DNA of 64,000 nt from an archaeon (GCA_043814055.1 JBDRKL010000004.1:1-64000), one strand, 5' to 3'. Counted from the stretch's first letter, positions 28,961 to 38,830 are shown. Notes: a model not told the origin generated them from the letters alone. Program-made: numbers and translations.

Positions 28961-29283
28961 TTTCCAGCCACCACCTTGCTCTTTATCATGCGGCTGTCAC
29001 GCACACGTTCCTTCGGAACGTGCGCTGTCCGCCCAAATACTAAAAACACTCCAGTAGCTGCTGTGAAAAGAATGCATGCCTCGCCAAGCGTGTCCAGGCC
29101 GCGGTAGTCAAACACGACCGCGTCCACTGCGTTGTTGCTCCCGGTCTCTTCCTGGGTGTGCATTATCACGTAAAAGTCCATTGAGTAATCATCAGGCTCT
29201 CCGAAAGGCCGCATGGAAACAGCTGAAACTATTATGAAGAGCGCAATCACGAGAAGCGTGAGAATTTTTAATACAGAGTTCAT
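28957..29283 (-). CDS. mbhE: Mbh subunit E
   Basis: [18 protein letters not shown]. Confidence 0.92.
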   Translation of the reverse strand: MNSVLKILTLLVIALFIIVSAVSMRPFGEPDDYSMDFYVIMHTQEETGSNNAVDAVVFDYRGLDTLGEACILFTAATGVFLVFGRTAHVPKERVRDSRMIKSKVVAGK

Positions 29284-29525
29284 CTTTCAAACCTCTCTGT
29301 GTTCTTTATCGCAATCACAAACACCGCAGTTGTGAGTCCGGCTCCAATCGCAGCCTCTGCAATCGCAACATCAGGCGCGTGGAGCAGGTAAAACTCAAGC
29401 GAGATTAGCAGGCTCATCACAGCCATTGCAATAGCAGCGCCGAGCAGGTCCTTGAACCGAACTGCCATTACTGCTGAAACTATCACAAGGAGCAGGACGA
29501 GCGTGTTGAGGATTTCAAACATCAT
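29280..29525 (-). CDS. mbhD: Mbh subunit D
   Basis: [14 protein letters not shown]. Confidence 0.92.
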   Translation of the reverse strand: MMFEILNTLVLLLVIVSAVMAVRFKDLLGAAIAMAVMSLLISLEFYLLHAPDVAIAEAAIGAGLTTAVFVIAIKNTERFER

Positions 29526-29872
29526 CTGGAATCCTCCTTGAGCCTGTCAATACAAGCCCTCTTCGGCAGGTCGCCGTGCCTGTGCGCAGCGCGGGCAATC
29601 GCGTGCGCCCCGGTTGGGTTGGTTACAAGCAGCATTACGAGCACAATCATTGTGTGGACTGAAAGAATTCCAAAGTACTGCTCTCCATTGAGCATAAGCG
29701 AGATTCCAAAAACAACCACTGCCAAATACACGAGTATTGAACCCAGGGTTGTGCACTTCGTGGCTCCGTGCAGTCTTGTGTAAAGGTCAGGGAACCTGTG
29801 AAGCGCAACACTTCCGATTATCTGGAAGAGCATTCCAAGCCCGAGGAGCGCGAAGATTATTTCATTAATCAT
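29522..29872 (-). CDS. mbhC: Mbh subunit C (MrpG-like)
   Basis: RFPDLYTRLHGATK, NPTGAHAIARAA. Confidence 0.93.
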   Translation of the reverse strand: MINEIIFALLGLGMLFQIIGSVALHRFPDLYTRLHGATKCTTLGSILVYLAVVVFGISLMLNGEQYFGILSVHTMIVLVMLLVTNPTGAHAIARAAHRHGDLPKRACIDRLKEDSR

Positions 29873-29949
29873 TTCAAAGCTTCACCCCTTTCTCCGGCTT
29901 TGAAATAAGCGCGAAGCTGTTTTGTAAAATTTCCTGCTTTGCGCCTCAT
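29869..29949 (-). repeat. Start-codon-associated hairpin element (77-bp unit, ATGA at both ends)
   Basis: gcgc-aaa-gc..gc-ttc-gcgc hairpin, then tttcaaagc..GGGGTGA..gctttgaaa overlapping ATG. Confidence 0.72.
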
Positions 29950-30212
29950 CTCTTCGTATCCTCCAGGTATTTTGAAATGTAAAGCGTTGTGACAAATGAT
30001 AGCATCGCGTAAACAATCGCAACGTCAACGTAAAGCACCTGCCTGAACCCTGCGCCGAGCAGGACGAGCGCTGCAACCGCGAGCGTGTTAATCGTGTCCA
30101 GCGCAACAATCCTGTCCGGAGTTGTAGGCCCGAGCGCAGCCCTGATAAGGCAGACAAGAATCAAGATGCCAATCACAATCGCGGAAATCAGGAAAGCGGT
30201 TTCAACAATCAT
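29946..30212 (-). CDS. mbhB: Mbh subunit B (MrpF-like)
   Basis: GPTTPDRIVALD. Confidence 0.93.
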   Translation of the reverse strand: MIVETAFLISAIVIGILILVCLIRAALGPTTPDRIVALDTINTLAVAALVLLGAGFRQVLYVDVAIVYAMLSFVTTLYISKYLEDTKR

Positions 30213-30739
30213 CCTGCTATCCTCCTAATCCACTTGGCAAAGTTTCCGCAGATTTGTTTGCAGTCCGGCTCAGTGTTCTTAACATTTATCCAGTGAATGT
30301 AAAAGTCCCCGCTCTTTTCGTCAATGTCAACTGTGAGCGTTCCGGGCGTTAAGGTGATTGAGTTGGCGAGCAGCATTTTGCCCAAGTCTGTTTTCAAGTT
30401 GGGCTTTATCTTCACTATGCCAGGGTTTATCCTGCCAGTTATCACGCGGTAAGCAACATCAATATTTGCCTTGACCATCTCAAGGAAGAACGGGCCGATG
30501 AGGTAGATTCCAAGCAGCAGGAGTTTTCCAATTCCCAGGGGGTACCCCTGAATTCCCATCTTCGGGAACAAAAGGCGCACGAACAGCGCGGTGAGCAAAG
30601 CGAACACAATCCCTGCGATTAGCTCGTAAGTGCTCCAGAGCCCAACACTTCCAGACCAGGCGGTGAGCAGTAAGTAGAGTACAAAAGCAAATATGAAAGT
30701 TGCGCCCCAACTGGTTTTCTTAGTGCCGGACTTCAACAT
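30209..30739 (-). CDS. mbhA: Mbh subunit A (MrpE-like)
   Basis: ANIDVA, LANSITLTPGT. Confidence 0.93.
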   Translation of the reverse strand: MLKSGTKKTSWGATFIFAFVLYLLLTAWSGSVGLWSTYELIAGIVFALLTALFVRLLFPKMGIQGYPLGIGKLLLLGIYLIGPFFLEMVKANIDVAYRVITGRINPGIVKIKPNLKTDLGKMLLANSITLTPGTLTVDIDEKSGDFYIHWINVKNTEPDCKQICGNFAKWIRRIAG

Positions 30740-31571
30740 GTGATATGCCTCCCCTGTTCTTTAGCAATTTTTTATGGGCAATCCTTTCCCCCACAATAGA
30801 TTTATACATTTCATCGTTCGCTGCCGCTAGCAAATTTCTGGCCGTGAGCATTGTGCCCTTCCTAATACTAAGGTCACCATCAAAATCAGACACCAAACCG
30901 CCGGCCTTTTCAAGTATGTAGACCGCGGCTGCGATGTCCATATACCTTGTAGCGCCCGCGTACAGCAGGCAGTCAAACGTTCCGTCCGCAACATTGCAAA
31001 TGTCAAGCGCCACAGCGCCGGGCGCCCGGGAGTGCTGCATTTGCAGGAACATTTTTGACATGAATCTTATGTCGTGCTCCCTTGCGTTCTTTGAGCACTC
31101 AAGAATAACATTCTTTGGAACTCTCTTGCGGCTCGGCTTGATTCTCTTCTCGTTCTTGAACGCGCCTTCCTTGGTCGCGTAATACTCCGTGCCGTTCGGT
31201 ATGTTCATCACGTAGCCGGTTATCACGTTTGTCTTTTTGTCAAGAACCGCGATTGAAATTCCAAAATAATCCAGCCCAACCGAGTAATTAAAAGAGCCGT
31301 CTATAGGGTCAACAACAACAGTGTACTCTGGCTTTTCCCCAATGAACATCTCGCCCCGCTCCTCTGAAATCAGCTTGATGCCAACATCCAATTTTCTTAA
31401 ATGCTTTATCACAATGTCCTCGGCCACCTGGTCAGCTTCAAGCGTTGTGTCCCCGCCGTAGCCGATTGAGAGTTCAACAGCGCGCCGGCTGGTCCTGTAA
31501 ATACTCATAACTTCCTTGGCGGTTTCCCTGCCTGCCTCCTGGCACATTCTCACCCAATTAATGTCAGTCAT
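30720..31571 (-). CDS. Inositol monophosphatase/FBPase family protein
   Basis: SEE, DPIDGS, GAVALD, DIAAA motifs. Confidence 0.9.
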   Translation of the reverse strand: MTDINWVRMCQEAGRETAKEVMSIYRTSRRAVELSIGYGGDTTLEADQVAEDIVIKHLRKLDVGIKLISEERGEMFIGEKPEYTVVVDPIDGSFNYSVGLDYFGISIAVLDKKTNVITGYVMNIPNGTEYYATKEGAFKNEKRIKPSRKRVPKNVILECSKNAREHDIRFMSKMFLQMQHSRAPGAVALDICNVADGTFDCLLYAGATRYMDIAAAVYILEKAGGLVSDFDGDLSIRKGTMLTARNLLAAANDEMYKSIVGERIAHKKLLKNRGGISHVEVRH

Positions 31572-32638
31572 TTATTTATCAACTCAAGTATTTTGTCAAC
31601 TGCCTCTTTCGGCTTCAGTTTTATTACGTCTATGACAAGCTCAGGGTTCTCCGGCGCCTCGTACTCAACATCAACGCCAATAACTTCTCCCCTGAGTTCA
31701 ACCTGCTCCCCCTTCTGCCTCTTTATGGCTTTCTCATATAAATCCTTTGTAACCAGGTTCTGCTTCCTGTTAGCCTCTCTTTGCATTGCCACCTTGAGCG
31801 GGCATTCTATGTAAACTTCCTTAAGTCCGGGAATTTGCTTTCTCGCCAGTTCCCGCCATTCTCTCTTGTGCCCGGTTGCGTCAAAAATCACGCTGATTCC
31901 GTTCTCGTGCAGGTATTTCCCAATCAGCACCATTGCGCGGTAAGCAACATCGCGCTCCTCTGTATTGTATTTTGGATTCGGTGTTAAAATCTTGCGGAAC
32001 TCATCCATCCGCAGCACTTGAACTTTCTCATTCTCAAGCCGGTTTACAAGCTTCTTGGCTATGGTGCTCTTCCCTGAGCCAGGCAGTCCAGTTAGCCAAA
32101 TGCAGAAGGTCATTTCCACTCCGCGTTTACAAGCATCTGAAATCTTTTGTAGGGCATTTTTATGGAGGTTACTTCTTTTTTTTTGCAATGTCTCTTCCTC
32201 AATTAACTCTCCGTTTCTTTCAGCCCACTCCCTAAACTTTTTTGAGGCTTTAAATCCAAAGAACCGCGCGAAAAAGTCAATGCCCTTTGTATAGGTATTG
32301 TTCATTATCAAGGATGCATCTCCTTTTAGCTCGTTTTTCTTAAATTTTTCAATGCAATAAATCGCCCCGAGCACAAGCAAAGGTCCGCATTTTTCAATGT
32401 CGTTCTTGTTTATGTTTTGCAGAATTACTGAGCCGTCTTCCAGGAAGCCCCACTCAAGAAACGCGTTTCCACAGCATATATTGTAACCGCTGACCTGTGC
32501 CCCCCACATTGTTCCTCTTGGTCCCAATTCATCAATTTGGGTGAATTCAAGATTATTTTTTAGGTGCGGGTATTTCATACCAAGTGATTCTAATCTTCTG
32601 TATTCTTCACATATTTCCTCCCAAGTTATTATTACCAT
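31568..32638 (-). CDS. Adenylyl-sulfate kinase (CysC-like; native start probably 32113) fused in frame to a 175-aa unknown N-terminal region
   Basis: IWLTGLPGSGKST P-loop and YEAPENPEL in the C-terminal half; internal GGAG + ATG at 32113. Confidence 0.8.
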   Translation of the reverse strand: MVIITWEEICEEYRRLESLGMKYPHLKNNLEFTQIDELGPRGTMWGAQVSGYNICCGNAFLEWGFLEDGSVILQNINKNDIEKCGPLLVLGAIYCIEKFKKNELKGDASLIMNNTYTKGIDFFARFFGFKASKKFREWAERNGELIEEETLQKKRSNLHKNALQKISDACKRGVEMTFCIWLTGLPGSGKSTIAKKLVNRLENEKVQVLRMDEFRKILTPNPKYNTEERDVAYRAMVLIGKYLHENGISVIFDATGHKREWRELARKQIPGLKEVYIECPLKVAMQREANRKQNLVTKDLYEKAIKRQKGEQVELRGEVIGVDVEYEAPENPELVIDVIKLKPKEAVDKILELINK

Positions 32639-33684
32639 TTCAAAATCTTCTCCAATTTAACCTCTTCAGTTTTCAAAATCTTCTTTGTAAAATCAATCAA
32701 GCTTTTCCTGTACTCCTCAGGCTCAGCGCCTCGCTCCTTAATCCACTCGTCCGGGTAAAATATTGGATTCGCTACCACAATCGCACGGAACGCGAAGAAC
32801 GGCTGAATAACTTTGAGCAGTTCAGTGTCTCCGGTTTCCTCAATGTAAGTATTCATAAACAAGTCAAACAGTTCTTTGAAAGAACCATCCTTTTTGATAA
32901 ACTCCAAGCGCAGATAATTAATTGCCATTGCCGCGACATCCTCCCCTGGCTCTCCAAGCTCTCCCCTTGACCTGTCAAGCACGATGAACTCGTCCTTGTC
33001 AAACATTATATTATACGGGTGGAAATCTCCGTGCACTACGCAGAATCTATGTGCATATCCTTGAAGTGTTTGCCACCAATCCACGCAGAGCTTGACAATC
33101 TCAACTTTCTCATCCGCGCTGAGGAAAGAATCCTTAGCATAACCATCCAAAACGCCCATTATGTACTCGCCGTGCCCAACAAGGTCCCTTGCCCTGCGGG
33201 TGCAGAGCGCCTGGTCTGGTTTCTTTTCGCGGTGAATCTCCGCAAGGTATTTCGCCAACTGCTTGGTGCGCTTCTTGTCTTTTTCAGTTATGCCCCCTTT
33301 CAGCATCTTTTCAAAATCATCATTGTATTCTTTCCCGCGCGCCTCTTCCATCAAAATGTAGTATTCCTTTGCATCGCCGATTGAAATCAATTCTTTCCCG
33401 TCAAACGCAGCAACGTCGTAGCTCTTGATGTGCTTGTCCAATTTGTTGAAAGTATCGTTCGCAAGAATCAAATTTGCAGCGACATCAGCCTTGAAGTCGT
33501 GCCCGAACCCGCCGAGCCCCATAGTTTTTAAAACTAACCGCTGATTCTCTTTTCCAGCATCAAAATCAACAAGATAAGCAGTGCCATAAACGCCCTTTCC
33601 AAGCTCTTTGAACTCGTTGAGTTTTGCATCTTTTCCAAACTTGTCTTTTAGATATAACTCAATCTCTTTGTCAGTAATATTCAT
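32632..33684 (-). CDS. APH/choline-kinase-like phosphotransferase
   Basis: LGKGVYG loop, HGDFHPYN, DRSRGE. Confidence 0.85.
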   Translation of the reverse strand: MNITDKEIELYLKDKFGKDAKLNEFKELGKGVYGTAYLVDFDAGKENQRLVLKTMGLGGFGHDFKADVAANLILANDTFNKLDKHIKSYDVAAFDGKELISIGDAKEYYILMEEARGKEYNDDFEKMLKGGITEKDKKRTKQLAKYLAEIHREKKPDQALCTRRARDLVGHGEYIMGVLDGYAKDSFLSADEKVEIVKLCVDWWQTLQGYAHRFCVVHGDFHPYNIMFDKDEFIVLDRSRGELGEPGEDVAAMAINYLRLEFIKKDGSFKELFDLFMNTYIEETGDTELLKVIQPFFAFRAIVVANPIFYPDEWIKERGAEPEEYRKSLIDFTKKILKTEEVKLEKILKW

Positions 33685-33732
33685 GCCTCACTCCCAACCT
33701 TCTTAAACCCTTTCGCATATATTAAGGTTTAG

Positions 33733-34809
33733 ATGGCCATTGAAGACCAAATCAAGGAAATCGAGGAAGAGATACGCGACACGCCCTACAACAAGGCGAG
33801 CCAGCACCACATAGGCAAGCTCAAGGCGAAGCTTGCCAAGCTCAAGCAGGACCAGCAGAAGGGCGCCTCAGTTGGGCACGCCCAGTCACTTGGCTACGGC
33901 TTGAGAAAGTACGGCGACGCCACAGTCCTCTTTGCAGGATTTCCTTCAGTTGGAAAAAGCACCCTGCTCAACGCGCTCACGAACGCAAAATCTGAAGTTG
34001 CGGCCTACGAGTTCACAACTCTGACAGTGGTTCCTGGAGTAATGAAATACAAGCATTCTAACCTCCAGCTCTTTGACATCCCAGGGCTCGTGGAGGGCGC
34101 TTCTCAGGGAAAGGGCCGCGGCAGGGAAGTCCTCTCAGTAATGCGCATCGCTGACCTGATAATTTTTGTGTTTGACGCGAACAAGCCGGAGCAATTGAAC
34201 AAGATGCGCCACGAGCTTGATGAGGCGAACATCCGCCTTGACCAGGCGCCGCCGCAGGTAGTTATTAAAAAGAAAACCATCGGCGGGGTTCAGGTTGACA
34301 AGGTCAGCAAGGCGGGAATTGACAACGAGGCAATCCGCGACGTGCTAAACGAGTTCGGAATCCACAACGCGTATGTCTCAATAAAGGAGCCGATAACAAT
34401 TGACCAGTTCATTGACGTTGTGACAGGCAACAGGAAATACGTTCCAACTCTTGCTGTAATGAACAAAATTGACTCTGTTAAAAAGCTCCCTTCTGTTGGC
34501 AATTGCGTGAAAATTTCCGCGCTGAATGGCGAGGGCCTTGACGAGCTGCGCGAGGCAATCTTCCAAAAGCTCAGGTTTATCCGGATTTACCTAAAGCGCC
34601 ATGGCAAAAAGGCTGACCTTGAGGAGCCGCTGATTATGAAAGAAGGATGCACAGTTGAGGATGTCTGCCTGCGGCTGCACAAGTCATTCCGGGACAACTT
34701 CAGGTACGCCGAGCTCAACGGCCCTAGCGCCAAGTTTGACAACCAGAAAGTTCACCTGCGGCACGTTTTAAAAGACAAGGACATTATTTGCATATTCAAG
34801 AAAGATTAG
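33733..34809 (+). CDS. drg: DRG-family (OBG/TGS) GTPase
   Basis: GFPSVGKST, YEFTT, DIPG, NKID; C-terminal TGS domain. Confidence 0.95.
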   Translation: MAIEDQIKEIEEEIRDTPYNKASQHHIGKLKAKLAKLKQDQQKGASVGHAQSLGYGLRKYGDATVLFAGFPSVGKSTLLNALTNAKSEVAAYEFTTLTVVPGVMKYKHSNLQLFDIPGLVEGASQGKGRGREVLSVMRIADLIIFVFDANKPEQLNKMRHELDEANIRLDQAPPQVVIKKKTIGGVQVDKVSKAGIDNEAIRDVLNEFGIHNAYVSIKEPITIDQFIDVVTGNRKYVPTLAVMNKIDSVKKLPSVGNCVKISALNGEGLDELREAIFQKLRFIRIYLKRHGKKADLEEPLIMKEGCTVEDVCLRLHKSFRDNFRYAELNGPSAKFDNQKVHLRHVLKDKDIICIFKKD

Positions 34810-35408
34810 GGTTTTATGCTTATCAGGAATTTGAATATCTCATAGCCCCAAGTTGTTGCCACGATATAGCCAATCAGGAATTCCAGGCTGTGGTTCACAA
34901 TGAGCTTTGGTATTGGCACTGGCGCTATTCTTGGAGCCAGCAAGGTATCTGCTATTAGCCAAAGAGCGAGCGAGAACAGCGATGCAAACAAAAGCTCACC
35001 CGAGCTTATTCCAATTCCATATATGTACAAAAATATTCTCGCTGTCACAATCATTCCCATCAGGACAATGAAGTGCGCCACGAGCCCCTGCCCCTCATCC
35101 GGCCTGCGCTTGAACACTATTATCCACGCGAAAAGTATGACGCTAATAGTAAAGACCGCGCCGAATATGTATGAGTAGAAAAACGTGAACAAGAAAAATA
35201 CTTCAAGCCCGATTTTCCAGCTGTTGGGGAGCCGCATTGCCACAAAGAAGAATATTGAAAACACCCAGAAGCTGATGAACGCAAGGTATGGTGTAAGGAA
35301 TATTGCAGTCAGCACAACTGCTATTATCATTACAGCGAGTACAGCACCTAGCAAGTACATCTCTTTCTGCGAGAGCATTATGCCCTTAAGCTTCTTCTTC
35401 CTGCCCAT
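34806..35408 (-). CDS. Hypothetical polytopic membrane protein
   Basis: About 6 hydrophobic segments. Confidence 0.7.
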   Translation of the reverse strand: MGRKKKLKGIMLSQKEMYLLGAVLAVMIIAVVLTAIFLTPYLAFISFWVFSIFFFVAMRLPNSWKIGLEVFFLFTFFYSYIFGAVFTISVILFAWIIVFKRRPDEGQGLVAHFIVLMGMIVTARIFLYIYGIGISSGELLFASLFSLALWLIADTLLAPRIAPVPIPKLIVNHSLEFLIGYIVATTWGYEIFKFLISIKP

Positions 35409-35439
35409 ATTGCTCCTCTTAATGTTTTAGGCTTTAAAT

Positions 35440-35979
35440 CTATATGCTCACGACAAAAATTTCCTCAAACGCCAGCTTCTGCCGCGCAACAATTTCGCCA
35501 CCTAGCTCAACCCCTGATATGGAGCTGTTCACGAGCAGGCACTTCCCGCCTGGCTTTAAAAAATCCCTGTATTCTGCGAGGAATTTTTTCATAACTTCCG
35601 AGCTGTTCCAGCTGTGGTCAATCCACTCCTCGGTTTCTCCTTCTTTCGGCAGGTAAGGCGGGTTAAAAATTATCAGGTCAAATTTTCCCTTAATGTTCTC
35701 AAACAAGTCGCTCTGCGCGAACTTCATTTTTTCAGAAACTCCGTTCAGCTCAGCGTTCTCTTTCGCGAGCTCAACCGCGTGCGGGTTTATGTCAGCGCAC
35801 ACAACCCGCTCAGCTTGCTCAGCCGCGAGTATTCCCTGAATTCCAGAGCCGGTTCCCATATCCAAAACATCTCCTTGCGGAGCCCCGAGGTTCTCAGCGA
35901 GCAGGAAAGAATCCTCGCGCGGCTCGTAAACATTTTGGTTGGTGTTAAAAATTATGGACTTGTATTCTATCCTTGTCAT
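35440..35979 (-). CDS. HemK2/Mtq2-like protein methyltransferase
   Basis: VYEPREDS, LDMGTGSG, NPPY. Confidence 0.92.
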   Translation of the reverse strand: MTRIEYKSIIFNTNQNVYEPREDSFLLAENLGAPQGDVLDMGTGSGIQGILAAEQAERVVCADINPHAVELAKENAELNGVSEKMKFAQSDLFENIKGKFDLIIFNPPYLPKEGETEEWIDHSWNSSEVMKKFLAEYRDFLKPGGKCLLVNSSISGVELGGEIVARQKLAFEEIFVVSI

Positions 35980-36551
35980 CTAACTCTCTTATTATGGTGT
36001 TCCAGTATCATCCCGGTCAGTCTTAGCGTGTGGTCTATCAGCGTGCTTGTTGCGTTGTTCAGGTTTTCCTGATTGGCTTCTATCCACCAGTCGCCTTCCT
36101 TCAAAAACACGGTTTTCTCTTTTACTGACAAATAAGCAGTCCCGTCATTGTTCTCATCCTGCGGGAACCTGTCCCATTTCTCGTCCAGGACAATTACGTG
36201 CTTTATCCTGCCAAGGCCAACACTTGACAAATCTCCCATGGGCATTCCTTTATACGGCAGCTTGGGATTTTTCCTGGCATTTCTCAATGCAAATTCCCTT
36301 CCCCTCCTCAATACTGCTTCCAAAAGCTCGTTGCCTTTCAGAATTTTCGGTTCACTACGAATTTTTTGCTTCGGGGCTGTTGGGTTCTTTGGTGGCAAAC
36401 CATTGCGCTTCCGCGCCTTTCTTTTCTTCTTTTCCTCCTCCATCTGGCGACTTTTCTTCGCCTCCTCTTTCTTGAGCCTGCGTTGTTCCTCGCGCTCTTT
36501 TGACCTATTCTGCGCCTTTTCCCTGCCGCTCAGCTTTTTCTGCTTTTTCAT
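35976..36551 (-). CDS. Hypothetical protein with a highly basic N-terminus
   Basis: 191-aa ORF, ATGA-coupled to the next gene. Confidence 0.6.
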   Translation of the reverse strand: MKKQKKLSGREKAQNRSKEREEQRRLKKEEAKKSRQMEEEKKKRKARKRNGLPPKNPTAPKQKIRSEPKILKGNELLEAVLRRGREFALRNARKNPKLPYKGMPMGDLSSVGLGRIKHVIVLDEKWDRFPQDENNDGTAYLSVKEKTVFLKEGDWWIEANQENLNNATSTLIDHTLRLTGMILEHHNKRVR

Positions 36552-36563
36552 AATTAATATAAC

Positions 36564-37616
36564 TTACTCCAAATCATCATCACTCATCAAAGTAACCAAA
36601 TCTTCAAGCTCTTTCTTCCAATATTTCTTCGCGCTCTTTGCAAACCCAGTGGAGCTAATCACAATCGCGGGTATTCTTCGGGAAATCGCGTCCATCCCCA
36701 CAGTCGCCAGGTCATTTTGCGAAACTCCCTTCTTCGCGTAATCAAAAACTTTAACAAGATAATTCTGCTTGCCCAGCGGCGTCGGCACTTTAACTTCAAG
36801 CTCAACCTCCTGCCCCTCCTTTATGACCTTCTCTTCCATCAGGTCAATCTCCTGCTTCTCAAACCACTGGAGCACGTTGTCCCTGAACGAGCCACGCATC
36901 TCAGCGAGCAGTTCTTTTCTTATTTGTTCCCTTTCGTCATCGCTTATCTTTCTCTCTTCCTCCTCATCTTCTGGCTCTTTTTTCCCCTTTGGAACAAGCT
37001 CGGTCTGTTTGGGTTCAACTTTTTTGGGTTCTGGTTTTGGCTCAGAGCTGCGGATTGGCGGCTTGAGCAACCCATTGTCGCGGGTCTGCGCGTCCCTCTC
37101 AACTCTCTTGGGCTCAGCTTTCGGCTCTTCCTTTTCCTCAACTTTTGGCTCTTCTCTCTCCGCTCTCTTTGGGAAAAGCCGCTTCATTATGATATCTTTT
37201 GCCTGCTCCTCCCTTATATTCGGCGTGTACCAGCAGCGCATCGTGCCGGTCTCATTTTGAAGTGTAAATGCGCTTACCAAATCCTCAAGGTTCTCAAGCA
37301 GTCTTGCCCCGCCTTCATCAACATCAGCCTCGGCAAGCGCCTTGTGGTCCATCAAAACCTGCAGAACTTCCTTGTCCTGCTGAGTGAGTATTGAATTTAT
37401 TTTCTTCTCAAGGGCCCTCTTTTGATCCGGATAATAATACAAGCGCTGGCTGCCAACCCTTCGCTTTGACGCAGCTATCCTGTTCTGCCCCGAGGCATCA
37501 ACAAGTATTGCTGAGACCACTATGGAGTCAACGCCAACCCTTTGCGATATTTCTATTGGAGTGGATGGCCCTGCCCGCTTAATGTAGTCAAGGATGGCTG
37601 CGTCTATCTTTGGCAT
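36564..37616 (-). CDS. Hypothetical protein: N-terminal winged helix, charged linker, C-terminal restriction-endonuclease-like fold (tentative)
   Basis: GPSTPIEIS..IVVSAILVD wHTH pattern; VPTPLG..SSTGFAK C-terminal domain. Confidence 0.65.
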   Translation of the reverse strand: MPKIDAAILDYIKRAGPSTPIEISQRVGVDSIVVSAILVDASGQNRIAASKRRVGSQRLYYYPDQKRALEKKINSILTQQDKEVLQVLMDHKALAEADVDEGGARLLENLEDLVSAFTLQNETGTMRCWYTPNIREEQAKDIIMKRLFPKRAEREEPKVEEKEEPKAEPKRVERDAQTRDNGLLKPPIRSSEPKPEPKKVEPKQTELVPKGKKEPEDEEEERKISDDEREQIRKELLAEMRGSFRDNVLQWFEKQEIDLMEEKVIKEGQEVELEVKVPTPLGKQNYLVKVFDYAKKGVSQNDLATVGMDAISRRIPAIVISSTGFAKSAKKYWKKELEDLVTLMSDDDLE

Positions 37617-37688
37617 AGGTTTAAGATAACGCCGAAGCAATTTAAACTTATCGGAAAAATATTAAAGCCCAGAGGGTAAACCAATATT

Positions 37689-38297
37689 ATGGAGAATCAG
37701 GTTGTGCACGAGCTCAAGCGGCAGGCGGTTCATTTATCAGGTCTCATCTTCGTTGTGCTTTCGTATTATGTTGCCCCGGATATTATACTCGCCCTGCTCA
37801 TTATGACGTTCGTGACAATACTCACGCACTGCTTCTGCCGGCCGGTTGCGCAGAAGTTCAAGCTTACCCGCAAAATCAGCGACTTCATACACAGCTTCGC
37901 GCGCGAGGAGGAAAAGTCAAGGCGGATTTATTTCGGGCCTTCAACATTCTTCGTGGGATTAATCCTGCCGCTCGCAGTGCTGTACCCATTTGACCCTGAA
38001 CTCGCATTGCTCCTGTTCCGCGCCTCGGCAATCGTGCTCTCAATGGGGGACTCGTTTTCAACCGCGATTGGGAAAGCATTTGGAAAGCACAAGATACAAT
38101 ACAACAAGGCAAAGAGCTGGGAGGGTTTCCTCGCCGGATTCTTCGCAGCGTTCGCCGCGACCTCGCTAATTCTCCCAATGCCCATCGTGTTCACAATCTC
38201 TTTGGTCGGAATGCTCGTTGAGTCACTCCCAATCAACGTGAACGACAACCTGAGCATTCCCGTCTCAGTCTGCATAATCCTATGGTTCCTAATTTGA
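37689..38297 (+). CDS. Dolichol/phytol kinase family (SEC59/DGK1-like) membrane protein
   Basis: RQAVH, GDSFSTAIG, KSWEG, NDNLSIP. Confidence 0.9.
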   Translation: MENQVVHELKRQAVHLSGLIFVVLSYYVAPDIILALLIMTFVTILTHCFCRPVAQKFKLTRKISDFIHSFAREEEKSRRIYFGPSTFFVGLILPLAVLYPFDPELALLLFRASAIVLSMGDSFSTAIGKAFGKHKIQYNKAKSWEGFLAGFFAAFAATSLILPMPIVFTISLVGMLVESLPINVNDNLSIPVSVCIILWFLI

Positions 38298-38830
38298 ATT
38301 TCTCCAAGCTGTGGTCTATCCGGCTCGCTGTAGTATGCACAATAGTTTTTGCATTGCAAGCAATTATTCCAAGCACGGACAGCCTGGCGCTTGTCTCAGC
38401 AGCCGCGCTCTCTCACCCCTGGACAGTCCTGACTTACATTTTCCTCCACGGCGGGGTAACTCACTTGCTCTACAACATGTTCGCCCTGCTTTTATTCGGC
38501 ACAATCCTTGAGTCAATCCTCGGGCCGAAAAGATTTCTGCAAATCTTCTTTGTTGCTGGAATCCTCGCAGGCATCTCAGCAATCCCGTTCTACAGCGCAG
38601 TTGTCGGGGCAAGCGGCGCGATTTACGGAGTTATGGGCTGCCTAGCGGTTCTGCGGCCTCGGATGATTGTATGGGTCTGGGGGGTTCCAATGCCAATGAT
38701 TATCGCGCTCGGTGTGTGGACACTCGTTGACTCAGTTGGCGCGTTCTCCACGATGAGCGAGACCGCGCATATCTCGCACTTGGCCGGGCTGGCAGTTGGA
38801 GTTGCAGTTGGAGTTTATTTCTGGAAATAG
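38282..38830 (+). CDS. Rhomboid intramembrane serine protease
   Basis: HLLYNM, GASGA, HLAG. Confidence 0.93.
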   Translation: MVPNLNFSKLWSIRLAVVCTIVFALQAIIPSTDSLALVSAAALSHPWTVLTYIFLHGGVTHLLYNMFALLLFGTILESILGPKRFLQIFFVAGILAGISAIPFYSAVVGASGAIYGVMGCLAVLRPRMIVWVWGVPMPMIIALGVWTLVDSVGAFSTMSETAHISHLAGLAVGVAVGVYFWK

